Source: Polyangiales bacterium
GTDB taxonomy: Bacteria; Myxococcota_A; Polyangia; Polyangiales; Polyangiaceae
Reading direction: 5' to 3'
Assembly: GCA_038231275.1 (NCBI GenBank)
Contig: JBBRLQ010000003.1
Span: 484,800 to 548,799 of the forward strand
DNA: 64,000 bases
In this document: positions 1 through 9,220 of the stretch, one piece after another
How the letters are laid out: every line of letters starts with the position of its first letter
Position numbering within the stretch: the first letter of the stretch is position 1
Notes under the pieces: generated by a model
The model's database searches: none
What the model was told of the DNA's origin: nothing
What the model saw: only the letters and a program-made list of their open reading frames with translations
Translations under genes and position numbers: made by a program

Positions 1-2613
1 GGGAACCCGCTCTTCTTGCGCGAGCTGCTTCAACTGATGAACCTTCCGCGCCAAGACGCGGGCGCACGTCAACCCGAAGGCATCCGCGAGGTGGTGCGCG
101 CGCGGCTCTCGCTGCTCACCCCGACGGTGCGAAAGGTGCTCGAGGTCGCCTCGGTGCTCGGGCGCGAGTTCAGGTTGGACGCGCTCGCCGCCATGACGAA
201 GATGACCGAGCTGCTCGACCTCGATGGGCTCCTCGCGCCCGCCGTGGATGCCGGCATCGTCGAGCCCCTCGACCAGGATCCGCCGACGTGGCGCTTCACC
301 CACGTTCTGCTCCGTGAAGGGCTCTACGAAGATCTCGCGATGGATCAACGCGCCGCGCTTCACCATGGCGCCGCGTTGGAGCTCCGACGACGAAGCAACG
401 AGCGCGGCAGCAGCGGTGAGCCACTCCTCAGCGAGCTCGCACATCACCTTCTGCGCGCGATGCCGCTCGTCCCGCGCGGGGAAGCCGCCGACGCCGCGCT
501 GCGTGCCGCCGAGCGCGCGATCGCTCTCTTGGCCTTCGAGGATGCGAGCAAGCTGCTCGCGCCCACGAGCCGGCTGCTCGACGATGTGGAGGCGGAGGAG
601 GTTCGGCTCTGCGAAGTGCTGCTCCTGCTGGGAGTCGCACGCATCCGCGCTGGAGACGTGAAGTTGGGCAAGGAGACGTGTCGGCGAGCCGCCGAGCTTG
701 CCCGTCGAGTGGGCGACGGCGAGCTCTTCGCGCGTGCGGTGCTCGGCTCCGCATGCGAGTTCACGCCGGATGTTCGCGATCTCGCGCTCATCGCGTTGCT
801 CGAGGAAGCGCTCGTTCAGCTGCCTGTAGGCGACGGCGCGCTGCGGGCGCGCTGCATGGCCCAGCTCGCCGCGGAGCGCCAACCGATGCCCGACACGCGC
901 GAGCCCGTAGAGCTCGCGCGCGCTGCCGTGGCGATGGCCCGTCGTCTCGCCGATGTCGACACACTCCGCTTCGTGCTCGCCCACGCGGGCTTGGCGATGC
1001 TCCCTTTCGGCGCGCCCGCCGAGCGGCTGGTGATCGACCAGGAGTGCCTCCGTCTCGCGCTCGCTGCCGGTGACAAGGTCGTCGCCATCCGGGCTCACCT
1101 CCTGCTTCAGGGCGATTGTTGGCAGCTCGGTGATCCTGCCGGAGCCGACGCCCATGCTCGTTCCTACAAGGCGCTGCTCCCGCTCCGTCACGGCGCCTTT
1201 TCGTGGATGCTGAGCGTGCTCGAGGCCATGGCGGCTCTCTCGGAGGGGCGCTTCGACGACGCGGAGCGGCGCTACCGGGAGGCCGACGAAACCGCTCACA
1301 ACGACGAGAGCAAGGCCATCGAGATGGCGGCTTTCCCGGTCGGCTTCTGCCGAGCCACGGAGAGGTACGAGGATCTGCCGGCGATCGAGGCGCGTTTGCG
1401 CGGCGCGCTCGGCTCGGTCGGCGAAGAGCTCTGGAGCTGCGTCGGCGAGATGTTGATCGCACAGCTCTACGCGCGTGCAGGGGATCGGTCGCGTGCGTCG
1501 GCGCAACTCGCCACCGTGCAAGCACACCCAATTTTCGCAGCGATCAAGGAGGGCACCTGGCTCGTCTTGCTGGTCGATGCCTGTCACTTGCTCGGCGACG
1601 TGACACTCGCAGAAGCGCTCTATCCGGCGCTCTTGCCTCGTGCGTCCGAGTTCTACTTTCTGGGACCGGTCGGCGGATACGTCGAACCGCCCTTCAGCCG
1701 CCAGCTCGGACTCCTCGCGGAGACACTCGGTCGTCTCGACGTTGCCGTCGACCACCTCACCGACGCGGAGGTGAGGACCGCCCAAGCCAACATGCGCGCC
1801 CATCTCTCACGCGTGCGCTACGAGCTCGCCGGAGCGCTTCTTCTCCGCAACGAGCCCGGCGATCGCGAGCGCGCCATCGCGCTCCTCGACCAAGCTCGAA
1901 CACTTGCCGAGGAGCTCGGTCAGGTCGGTCTCTTGCCGCGGCTCGGTGAGCGGCGCGCCATCGTGGCGGCTCTCACGCCATCGGAACCCGACCACGGGCA
2001 GCAGCGCCTGACGCGCCCGCGCGTCGAAGCGAGTAACGACACTGCGAACGCAGCGGATCGAGAGACGCGCCTGGCGATGCGCCGCGAAGGCGATACCTGG
2101 TCGCTCGTGTGGCACGGGCACACGCTGCGCTTGCGCGACACCGTTGGCTTGCAGGTGCTCGACCAGCTCGTGTCGAGCCCCGGTCAGGAGTTCCACGTGC
2201 TCCAGCTCGTCTCCCCAGGAGGCGAGGCCGGTGAGGTCACTGACCGCGGCGATGCGGGGACCGTGCTCGATGCCGAGGCCGTGCAGAGCTACCGGCGCCG
2301 GCTCCTCGACCTTCGCGAAGAGCTCGACGAAGCGGAGGGGTTCGCCGACGTAGGCCGCGCCGATCGTGCCAAGAACGAGATCGATTTCTTGACCCAGCAG
2401 CTGGCGAGCGCCGTCGGCCTCGGCGGACGCGATCGCCGAGTTGGCGCCGCAGCCGAGAGGGCCCGGACGACGGTGCAGAAACGGCTGCGCAACGCCATTC
2501 GCCGCATCGACGATGATCTCCCGGAGCTCGCGACGCACCTCGATCAAGCCATTCGCACCGGCACGTTCTGCGGCTATCTGCCCGATGGGCGCCCTCGCGC
2601 GCGCCGGCTCTGA
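1..2613 (+). CDS. Large AAA-ATPase/TPR-type transcriptional regulator, 5'-truncated by the window edge
   Basis: Frame is open from base 1 (GNPLFLRELL, the GNP motif of STAND-type ATPases). It has ASVLGREF and FTHVLLREGLY motifs and a helical middle. The C-terminus carries the conserved RREGDTW...DAGTVLD...GLGGRDRR...AERAR...IRTGTFC domain. Confidence 0.75.
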   Translation, partial: GNPLFLRELLQLMNLPRQDAGARQPEGIREVVRARLSLLTPTVRKVLEVASVLGREFRLDALAAMTKMTELLDLDGLLAPAVDAGIVEPLDQDPPTWRFTHVLLREGLYEDLAMDQRAALHHGAALELRRRSNERGSSGEPLLSELAHHLLRAMPLVPRGEAADAALRAAERAIALLAFEDASKLLAPTSRLLDDVEAEEVRLCEVLLLLGVARIRAGDVKLGKETCRRAAELARRVGDGELFARAVLGSACEFTPDVRDLALIALLEEALVQLPVGDGALRARCMAQLAAERQPMPDTREPVELARAAVAMARRLADVDTLRFVLAHAGLAMLPFGAPAERLVIDQECLRLALAAGDKVVAIRAHLLLQGDCWQLGDPAGADAHARSYKALLPLRHGAFSWMLSVLEAMAALSEGRFDDAERRYREADETAHNDESKAIEMAAFPVGFCRATERYEDLPAIEARLRGALGSVGEELWSCVGEMLIAQLYARAGDRSRASAQLATVQAHPIFAAIKEGTWLVLLVDACHLLGDVTLAEALYPALLPRASEFYFLGPVGGYVEPPFSRQLGLLAETLGRLDVAVDHLTDAEVRTAQANMRAHLSRVRYELAGALLLRNEPGDRERAIALLDQARTLAEELGQVGLLPRLGERRAIVAALTPSEPDHGQQRLTRPRVEASNDTANAADRETRLAMRREGDTWSLVWHGHTLRLRDTVGLQVLDQLVSSPGQEFHVLQLVSPGGEAGEVTDRGDAGTVLDAEAVQSYRRRLLDLREELDEAEGFADVGRADRAKNEIDFLTQQLASAVGLGGRDRRVGAAAERARTTVQKRLRNAIRRIDDDLPELATHLDQAIRTGTFCGYLPDGRPRARRL

Positions 2614-2693
2614 GACGCGGGTATTGCTCGCCGGTGCACATCTACTGGAGGTCTGCAGCTGCAACTGGAGCTACTGCCCGACAAAACGAGTCG

Positions 2694-2966
2694 CTATCGA
2701 TAGCCGCCCGTCGCCGTCAGGATCGCCGCGGGCGTCGCCGCATCCACTTCGATCACGAGCAGCTCCTCGGAGCGAAACCAGACGATGGCCCCCGCGGCGT
2801 CGCAGGCCATCACCATCGTGACGGGAAGGGGCTTGGCCGCTTCGCGTGCGGCGGGATCGCGGAGCGGACGGGCCGATGCCGCAGGACCCGGCGTGAACAT
2901 GCGGATCCCGCCGCCGAGCACGATGTACTTGGTGCCCGACTCGCGATGCACGGCGAGGGTTGCCAT
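2694..2966 (-). CDS. Small hypothetical protein (90 aa)
   Basis: MATLAVHRESGTKYIVLGGG...VMACDAAGAIVWFRSEELLVIEVD; protein-like composition, ATG at 2966. Confidence 0.55.
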   Translation of the reverse strand: MATLAVHRESGTKYIVLGGGIRMFTPGPAASARPLRDPAAREAAKPLPVTMVMACDAAGAIVWFRSEELLVIEVDAATPAAILTATGGYR

Positions 2967-3007
2967 GGCCACGACGGTAGCACCGCTCGACCAACGGTCC
3001 GCGGCGC

Positions 3008-3499
3008 CTAGAAAAGACCGCTCCTTTCGGACCGGGGCTGTTCTCGCCCGCGCGCGCCCGGCGCGCGCCCGGTTCCCCCTGCCCAGCCGAGGCACGCGGT
3101 GTCGCCGTCTGGGCACTCGAGGTCGAGCATCGGAGGCAAGTCACCGGCGCCGAGCTCGCCGACGACGCTCAGGAAGCGGTTCGCCTGGGCGACGCCGTCC
3201 TCGGTGGGATCGAAGAAGTGGTACGCGCCGCGAACGATCCCGCCGCCTTTGCGCCGCTCCAGTTGCCGTGGAACGTCGCCTGCGTGTTTGTACGTTCCCT
3301 GCGTCGCCTTGATGACGGCGAAGTCGATCCCAGCGGCGTGGGCGGTCCCCCAGTCGATCGTCCCCTGGCCGTCGCTGACGTCGACGCCTTCGACCGTGGC
3401 ATGCGCGCACGCCGTGATCGGCGCGTCGCTCTGGGACGTGTGCTCGTCGTCCGCCGAGCCGCAGCCCCAAAAAATCGCCCCGCGCTCGCCGAGCCTCAC
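3008..3499 (-). pseudogene. GH25 lysozyme (muramidase), internally frameshifted and C-terminally truncated
   Basis: GVDVSDGQGTIDW, FAVIKATQG, RGAYHFF and LPPMLDLE are GH25 motifs. The expected segment NTQATFHGNWSGAKAAG lies in another frame (3240-3289). Similarity ends near 3070. The GTG overlaps the stop of the upstream gene. Confidence 0.75.
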
Positions 3500-4092
3500 T
3501 CGCCGCCGATGCCGTCCGCTCCTCCGTCGCACCCGACCGGGCTGCAGTTCCAGCCGGAGTCCTCGGGCGTCCTTCCACAATAACAATGGATGGCGCTGCA
3601 GCCGGTGCCGTAGTTGCAGTTGTCGAGGCCGAACTCGCAGGTGCTCGCAGCGGGCGGCTGTGACGAGGGACACACCGGCGGCGGACACGGCGGGGCGATG
3701 CACGACCACGCCCCCTGCTTGCACGTGCACTGCGCAGCGCATCGGCCGGGGGAGGAGCACCTCTGACCGTCCGAGGTGCATGCGCCACCTGCCGTCGGCC
3801 CGAAGTCCGGGCACGCGGGCGGCGGGCAGATGAATTGCGAGCACGCCCACGTGTCGTCGGTGCACGTGCAGGTGTTGCAGCCGTCGGACGCCGGACAGGT
3901 GCTGCTCGACGTGCAACCGGGCAGCGGCGTGCACGTGGACGACGCGCCGTCGCTCTGTCCGGCGTCGGCGCCGGGAACCTCGATGGCCTTGCCGCCGCAC
4001 GCCTGGACGGCGAGCGCCGTTCCGACGACTGCGACGATCGCTGAGCGGCAGAGACCCGCGATGCTTCGCGCATCCCTCCTGAGGTTGAGCAT
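3496..4092 (-). CDS. Cys-rich secreted lipoprotein
   Basis: Lipobox-like LAVQAC, then repeated Cys modules (CNTCTC...WAC, CTC...WSC); start uncertain. Confidence 0.65.
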   Translation of the reverse strand: MLNLRRDARSIAGLCRSAIVAVVGTALAVQACGGKAIEVPGADAGQSDGASSTCTPLPGCTSSSTCPASDGCNTCTCTDDTWACSQFICPPPACPDFGPTAGGACTSDGQRCSSPGRCAAQCTCKQGAWSCIAPPCPPPVCPSSQPPAASTCEFGLDNCNYGTGCSAIHCYCGRTPEDSGWNCSPVGCDGGADGIGGE

Positions 4093-4225
4093 TCTCTAAA
4101 AGTAGCGTGCCCAGAGGTCCATTTCGGGATCATCTGCGGCGCGACCGGTGACTAACGGGTGGAGATGTCGAGCGGCGCCGAGACTCGGCGCCGCTCGGGT
4201 GCTACCCCGTCCTTCCGGAGCCGCC

Positions 4226-5203
4226 ATGCGCTTTGCTTCTTTTCTCTCGCTCACGGTCACGCTCGGTGTCGGCCTAGGCGCGAGCGCTGGCGCGGCGCAC
4301 GCGGCCGATCGGCACAAGACGCGCGTGTGGATCGAAGCGCGGCCCTGGCCGTGCGCGGATTTCGTCGCGCCGCTCGCGCAACAGATCGCCTTGGCGTGCG
4401 ACGCCGCGGGGGGAACTTGCGGCGTTGCGTCGGACGCGCAGGCGGCCGATGAGCGCATCGTGCTCAAGTGCCAAGAAGCCGAGGGACAGTGGATCCTCGA
4501 GGGCGAGAGCGCGTCCGGGGCGCGCCTCTGGTCGGTGGGTCTCTTCGGAGACGAGGACGAACGACTCCGAAGGGCGGGCCTTTGGGTGGCGCGGGTCGAC
4601 GGCGGCGGCCCGGGGATTCCGGCCTCCGTTCCGAACGTCACCGTCGCGGCGCCGGCGTCCAAGACTCCCACTGCGCCGCGCGCGCCCGCGGTCGACCCGA
4701 AACCCGAGAATCCCGACGAGACCCCGGGCGCGACCCCGGATCGCCGTGGCGGCCTCTCCTTGAGCGCGCACGGCGCGTACGAGACGACCTCGGACGGCTC
4801 TCCGCTCGTGGGGGCGCGCGCGATTTTCGGTGCGCGCATCGCCGGAGGGACGCGCGGCACGCTGGCCCTCGACGGCGTCGCTCCAACCCAGACGAACGTG
4901 CGCCCGTTCTCGCTGCTTCGCGCCGGTCTCGGCGCCGCGTGGGGCGCGCCGTGGATGGACGACGTCCTTGGCGCGGCGGTCGAAGTCGGCGCCGCCGCGG
5001 CATCGAGCTACCGCTTCGGCGGAACGAAGGGCGCCCCCTACGGCGCCGTCTCGCTCACCGCACAGTACCCCAACGCGACGCTGCGCCCGTTCGTGACGGC
5101 GAGCCTCTCGGTGTTCGCGATGAAGGACGCCGGCTTCGAGTCGGTCGGCTCTCTTGCCCCGATGGTCGGGCTCGACGTCGGCCTCGCGTGGAGCGCGTGG
5201 TGA
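4226..5203 (+). CDS. Secreted/outer-membrane hypothetical protein, first gene of an ECF operon
   Basis: Signal peptide MRFASFLSL...AHA, Pro-rich linker, amphipathic beta-strand C-terminus ending GLAWSAW; RBS GGAG. Confidence 0.65.
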   Translation: MRFASFLSLTVTLGVGLGASAGAAHAADRHKTRVWIEARPWPCADFVAPLAQQIALACDAAGGTCGVASDAQAADERIVLKCQEAEGQWILEGESASGARLWSVGLFGDEDERLRRAGLWVARVDGGGPGIPASVPNVTVAAPASKTPTAPRAPAVDPKPENPDETPGATPDRRGGLSLSAHGAYETTSDGSPLVGARAIFGARIAGGTRGTLALDGVAPTQTNVRPFSLLRAGLGAAWGAPWMDDVLGAAVEVGAAAASSYRFGGTKGAPYGAVSLTAQYPNATLRPFVTASLSVFAMKDAGFESVGSLAPMVGLDVGLAWSAW

Positions 5204-5209
5204 ACTGAC

Positions 5210-5815
5210 ATGACCGTGGCGCTCAGCGGGACCAATCGCGAAGCGGTGCGCGCGCTCTCCGACGAGCGCGCGGCGACGCCCATGGTCCCGTGGCCCGAGC
5301 TGGTTCGTATCGTCACGCGCCAGATGGAGAGCATCCTCGGCTCCGCGGGGCACGCGCGCGATCGTGACGATCTCACCCAGGCCGCGCTCGAGCAGATCGT
5401 CCGGGCGCTTGATCGCTTCGAGGGGCGCGCGGAGCTGACCACGTTCACGTACCGCGTGTGCACGCGCGTCGCCTTGAACCATTGGCGCGGGTGGCGGCGG
5501 TGGCTGCGACGATTTCAGCTGGGGATCGACGCGACCGCCGAGCGCGTGGCCGGAGGCGCGGACACGTCGACCCGCGCCCTCGAGCGCGAGCGCGCGAGGG
5601 CGCTTCACCGCGCGCTGGAGCGAATGAACCCCGTACGGAGGCTGGTCGTGACGTTGTCGGACCTGGAAGAACTCGCCGGCGCGCAAGTGGCCGAGATCCT
5701 CGAGTGCCCCGAAGCCACCGTTCGCTCGCGCCTGCGCCGCGGTCGGGAGGAGCTCTACGGGCTCCTCGCGCGGGACCCGATCTTCCGCGACGAGATCGAA
5801 GGGGGGACACGATGA
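5210..5815 (+). CDS. ECF RNA polymerase sigma-70 factor
   Basis: DDLTQAA...LDRFEGRAELTTFTYRV (region 2); LSDLEEL...VAEILECPEATVRSRLRRGR (region 4). Confidence 0.9.
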   Translation: MTVALSGTNREAVRALSDERAATPMVPWPELVRIVTRQMESILGSAGHARDRDDLTQAALEQIVRALDRFEGRAELTTFTYRVCTRVALNHWRGWRRWLRRFQLGIDATAERVAGGADTSTRALERERARALHRALERMNPVRRLVVTLSDLEELAGAQVAEILECPEATVRSRLRRGREELYGLLARDPIFRDEIEGGTR

Positions 5816-7062
5816 GCTGCCCCCACGGCTTCACGGCGGACGACGTGGCCCGCGCGCTCGGTGGCGAGGGTGTGCCCGAGGTGGACGGCGACGCCTCACG
5901 CGCTCACGTGTCGGAGTGCGAATCGTGCCTTCGCGCGGCTCGTGCGCGCGAAGCGGCCAGGACGGCGTGGGCGCGCGGCAAGGTCCATGGCGCGGCCGAG
6001 CGCTCCGCGCGCGCAGAGCGGCTGACGACGTCGTGGCGCTCGCCGTCCACGCCGTCGCGCCTCGTGCTCGCGACGAGCGCGGCGCTCGGCGGCCTGGCGG
6101 TGGCGGCCGCGATGGCGCTGCTCTTGCCGCACGACCGGGCGTCCAGCGGAGGCGCGGCGACGATCGCGCGCGCCCGCACGATGGGCGCGGCGCACCAGCG
6201 CGCTCCGCACGTCGACACGCGGGCGCCCGCGCTCGTCGCGATGGTGCCGTGCGCCGTCTGCACGCTTGACGGCGAGGCGGTTCAGGCGGGCGATGTGGTG
6301 CCCGAAGGCGCGCGTCTCGACGTCCCCCGCGGCGCGACGCTGACGCTGGGCTTCAGCCTGCGTGAAGGGCTCGTCGATCCGACGTCCGGCGTGGACCTCG
6401 TCGGCCCCACGACGATCGAGCGCGGCCGCGTGGGCGAGGACGGAACCCCGGTGGTGGTCGTCGTCGAGGGAACGGCGCGCGTGCGCGCGCGCGAGACGCC
6501 GCTGACGTTGGCGAGCGCGCACGCGTGGACCCGCGCGTCGGACGCGACCTGGACTCTCGACGTCCAGGCCACTTGGTCTCGCGTGCACGCGGCGTACGGT
6601 GAGGTGGCGCTCGACGCCGACGGCGCGCGCTCGACGGTGCACGCTGGCGATTCGGCGACCGTCGTGGCGCCCGTAGCGCCCATCACCGCGGTCGCGGCGC
6701 CTCGTCACGTGCCGCCCGCGTCGTCCGCGCCGACCGACACGCCGCTGCCCGTGCCGCTCGGGCTCTCCACGGACCGGCCCCCCGCAGGCGCCGCGCTCTG
6801 GCGCGCCGGGCAGGAGGCGCTGCGCGTCGGCGATCGAGCCCGCGCGGAAGTGGCGTTCGGCGCATTGGTGCGCGGTGGAGGCGACGCCCGGCTCTGCGCG
6901 CGCGCGAGCTTCGCACTCGCCGAGCTCGAGCTCGCCCGTGGGGCGCGCGCCGAGGCCGAAGCGCACCTGACGCCGCTCGTTCACGATCCGGACGCGCGGC
7001 TCGCCGAGGACGCCGCGTTCCTCCTCGCCCGCGCGCGAGGCGAGCCCTCACGTCGCGAGTGA
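5812..7062 (+). CDS. Putative anti-sigma factor (ZAS motif, TM helix, FecR-like beta region, TPR-like tail)
   Basis: ATGA overlap with the ECF gene; HVSECESC (HxxxCxxC); TM LVLATSAALGGLAVAAAMALLL; ASFALAELEL TPR-like helix. Confidence 0.7.
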   Translation: MSCPHGFTADDVARALGGEGVPEVDGDASRAHVSECESCLRAARAREAARTAWARGKVHGAAERSARAERLTTSWRSPSTPSRLVLATSAALGGLAVAAAMALLLPHDRASSGGAATIARARTMGAAHQRAPHVDTRAPALVAMVPCAVCTLDGEAVQAGDVVPEGARLDVPRGATLTLGFSLREGLVDPTSGVDLVGPTTIERGRVGEDGTPVVVVVEGTARVRARETPLTLASAHAWTRASDATWTLDVQATWSRVHAAYGEVALDADGARSTVHAGDSATVVAPVAPITAVAAPRHVPPASSAPTDTPLPVPLGLSTDRPPAGAALWRAGQEALRVGDRARAEVAFGALVRGGGDARLCARASFALAELELARGARAEAEAHLTPLVHDPDARLAEDAAFLLARARGEPSRRE

Positions 7063-7106
7063 TGTCCGGTCGTCAGGTCCCTCGACTTGCGGGCGACGCT
7101 CGTGCG

Positions 7107-7676
7107 CTACTCGGTGCCGCCGTCGTCGGCGACGCTCACGACCGTGAAATGGATCGTCGCGGAGACCACGGGCTTCCCGCTCGAGTCTTGGTAGGCCTTG
7201 CCGGTCCTGTCGTGCAGTGACGCGACGACGGTGTGCGGGCCGTCGGATCCGCGAAAGCAAAACGACAGCGGCGCCGCGATGGGGCTCGTAAAACCCTCTG
7301 AGTTGCGCGGGTAGACGGCGCCGATCGACTCGTTGCAGTCGGCCCCGTCGATGTTGAGCCACACGTCACCGCAGTCGGCCGCGCTGGCGCAGAGCGCCGG
7401 ATCGCGCAGCGTGAAGCCCGTCGCGGTGAACGCAACCGCCGGGGTCACCTCGCCATTGAAGGTCAAGGACGCGCCGTCGGCAGGGCTCGTGATCGTGATC
7501 GACGCGGGGCCCGGCGGCGGCGTGATCGTCGCGTCGCCTCCACCATCGACGCCCGACTCCGCGCCGCCATCGGATCCGGGAGGCGCTCCACCTGCGTCCG
7601 TCGCCGAGCCGCTCGAGCTCGAGCAACCGACGAGCCACATCACGCACGCTGCCGTTCGCGAAACCACGCTGCGCAT
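7107..7676 (-). CDS. Hypothetical lipoprotein with Ig-like domain
   Basis: Lipobox WLVGC; SITITSPADGA...GPHTVVASLH; RBS GGAG upstream. Confidence 0.65.
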   Translation of the reverse strand: MRSVVSRTAACVMWLVGCSSSSGSATDAGGAPPGSDGGAESGVDGGGDATITPPPGPASITITSPADGASLTFNGEVTPAVAFTATGFTLRDPALCASAADCGDVWLNIDGADCNESIGAVYPRNSEGFTSPIAAPLSFCFRGSDGPHTVVASLHDRTGKAYQDSSGKPVVSATIHFTVVSVADDGGTE

Positions 7677-7868
7677 TTCGTCTCCTCCGAGGCGGCGCAC
7701 TCTCGCACCCGCGGAGGATCGCTGCACGAGCGAAGCGCCTAATTTTCGCAGGGATCATGTGTCGCAACGCTTCGCCGCGCGCCGAAATGTCCCGGTGATC
7801 GATCTGGATCACATCCTGGGAATCACGCGCGTCCCGGTGCCGAGATCAGAAGAGCTAGCATTGCGGCA

Positions 7869-8549
7869 TTGAACCCAACGCAAGCCCTCGTCCTCGGCGT
7901 GCTGGCGATCGACGGGTGCTCGCCGGCCGCGGCACCACCTGCAGCTCCAGTGACCGCGCCGGCCGCGACAACTCCCGCAGCAGCACCGGTCGCGACGGTA
8001 CCGTCCGTCAAGACGCCCGCGCCGGAGCCGATCGATTGGCCGCTGCCTCCAGGCTGGCGGCGCGAGGTCATCCCGTTCCCGCTCGATTTCGCGCCGGAGC
8101 TTTCGTACCGCGGCGCGGAGATCATCCGCTTCGCGCCGCGTTTCTTCGACGCGTCGGCGCCGACGTATTTCTCCTACGCGTTCGCGTGGGCGCTCCAGGG
8201 GAGGCCGGCCCTCGACGCCGCCGCGCTGCAGGCGGATCTCGCGCGCTACTTCGCGGGACTCTGTAAGGAGGTCGGCGGCTCGAAGTTCTCGTTCGACCCC
8301 GACCGCTTTCGCGCGCGGCTCACGCCGTCGGTGTCGCCGCGCGCGACTGCCCGGGCGCTCGTGGGCACGGTCGACGCGTACGATCCGTTCGGCGACGGGC
8401 GCGCGCTCACGCTGAACGTTCGGATCGAGATCTGGGACTGCCCTGCGCCGGGCCCGCGCGTCGCGGCGTTCGCGGCGTCGCCGGCGGCGGCGAAGGAGCC
8501 CATCTGGCGTGAGCTCGAAGCGCGCCTCGCCGAGCTGCGGTGCAAGTGA
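7869..8549 (+). CDS. Hypothetical secreted protein
   Basis: Pro/Ala linker, then WRREVIPFPLDFAPELSYRGAEIIRFAPRFF...YFSYAFAW, a conserved-looking domain. Confidence 0.7.
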   Translation: MNPTQALVLGVLAIDGCSPAAAPPAAPVTAPAATTPAAAPVATVPSVKTPAPEPIDWPLPPGWRREVIPFPLDFAPELSYRGAEIIRFAPRFFDASAPTYFSYAFAWALQGRPALDAAALQADLARYFAGLCKEVGGSKFSFDPDRFRARLTPSVSPRATARALVGTVDAYDPFGDGRALTLNVRIEIWDCPAPGPRVAAFAASPAAAKEPIWRELEARLAELRCK

Positions 8550-8591
8550 GGCCTCACCACAGGCGCTTTTTTTAGGTGCGATTGAGAGAAC

Positions 8592-9149
8592 TCAGCTCGC
8601 CACCTCGTAAAAGAGCGGCGCGCGGCGGGCGCAGAAGGTCGAGATGACCTTCTGCTGCTCGTCGCTGAGCCCTTCGAATTCCACGCCGAGGCCGGGGGGC
8701 GACGTGTCCGACTTGTTGCGGTGCCACTTGACCTCACCGTGCGCGTGGATCGTGCCGTTGGGCAGCGCGAAGTCGAGCGCGACCTCGCTACCGACCGGGA
8801 TGTTTCGGTAGGTCTCGACGAATACGCCGCCCTCGCTCACGTCTCCGCTGAGGCCAGAGAAGAAGTGCGACTCGCTGGCGAGATCGATCTCGACGCTGAG
8901 CGCGATGCGCGGATGCTTGCGGCGGTTGTCGTGGGGCGCGGCCACGGCGTGCGCCGGCTCCGGCAGGATCTCGTCGAGCGCGTGGAAGACCTGAGCGACG
9001 ATTTCGCCGACGATGTCTTCGGGGCGAACCTCGACCGTCTCGGGAGTGTGGGGAGCCGCCTCCACCGTGGGGCGCGATTGCGCGGGCGTGGCCATTGCGC
9101 GGCTCTTGGTGCGGTCCTTCTTCCGTAGTTTGCGGGTCTTCTTCGTCAT
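8592..9149 (-). CDS. PilZ-domain protein (myxobacterial TIGR02266 type)
   Basis: RRKHPR (RxxxR) and DVSEGG (DxSxxG) motifs; SESHFFSG...GLGVEF. Confidence 0.85.
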   Translation of the reverse strand: MTKKTRKLRKKDRTKSRAMATPAQSRPTVEAAPHTPETVEVRPEDIVGEIVAQVFHALDEILPEPAHAVAAPHDNRRKHPRIALSVEIDLASESHFFSGLSGDVSEGGVFVETYRNIPVGSEVALDFALPNGTIHAHGEVKWHRNKSDTSPPGLGVEFEGLSDEQQKVISTFCARRAPLFYEVAS

Positions 9150-9220
9150 ACACGCGCACAAAGCAAGAACCACGCGCACGCATTACGGTTCAGCCCGCTT
9201 TCTACGCGTAGGCTGGCTGC

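Noticed and set aside
3010-3045. Minus-strand CCGGTCCGAAAGGAGCGG hairpin resembling SRP RNA helix 8
   Set aside because: It lacks the conserved CAGG and AGCAG residues and no long enclosing stem is evident; an Rfam scan would be needed.
8549-8575. GCCT/AGGC stem followed by a T7 run as a terminator
   Set aside because: The stem is only about 4 bp, too weak to call.
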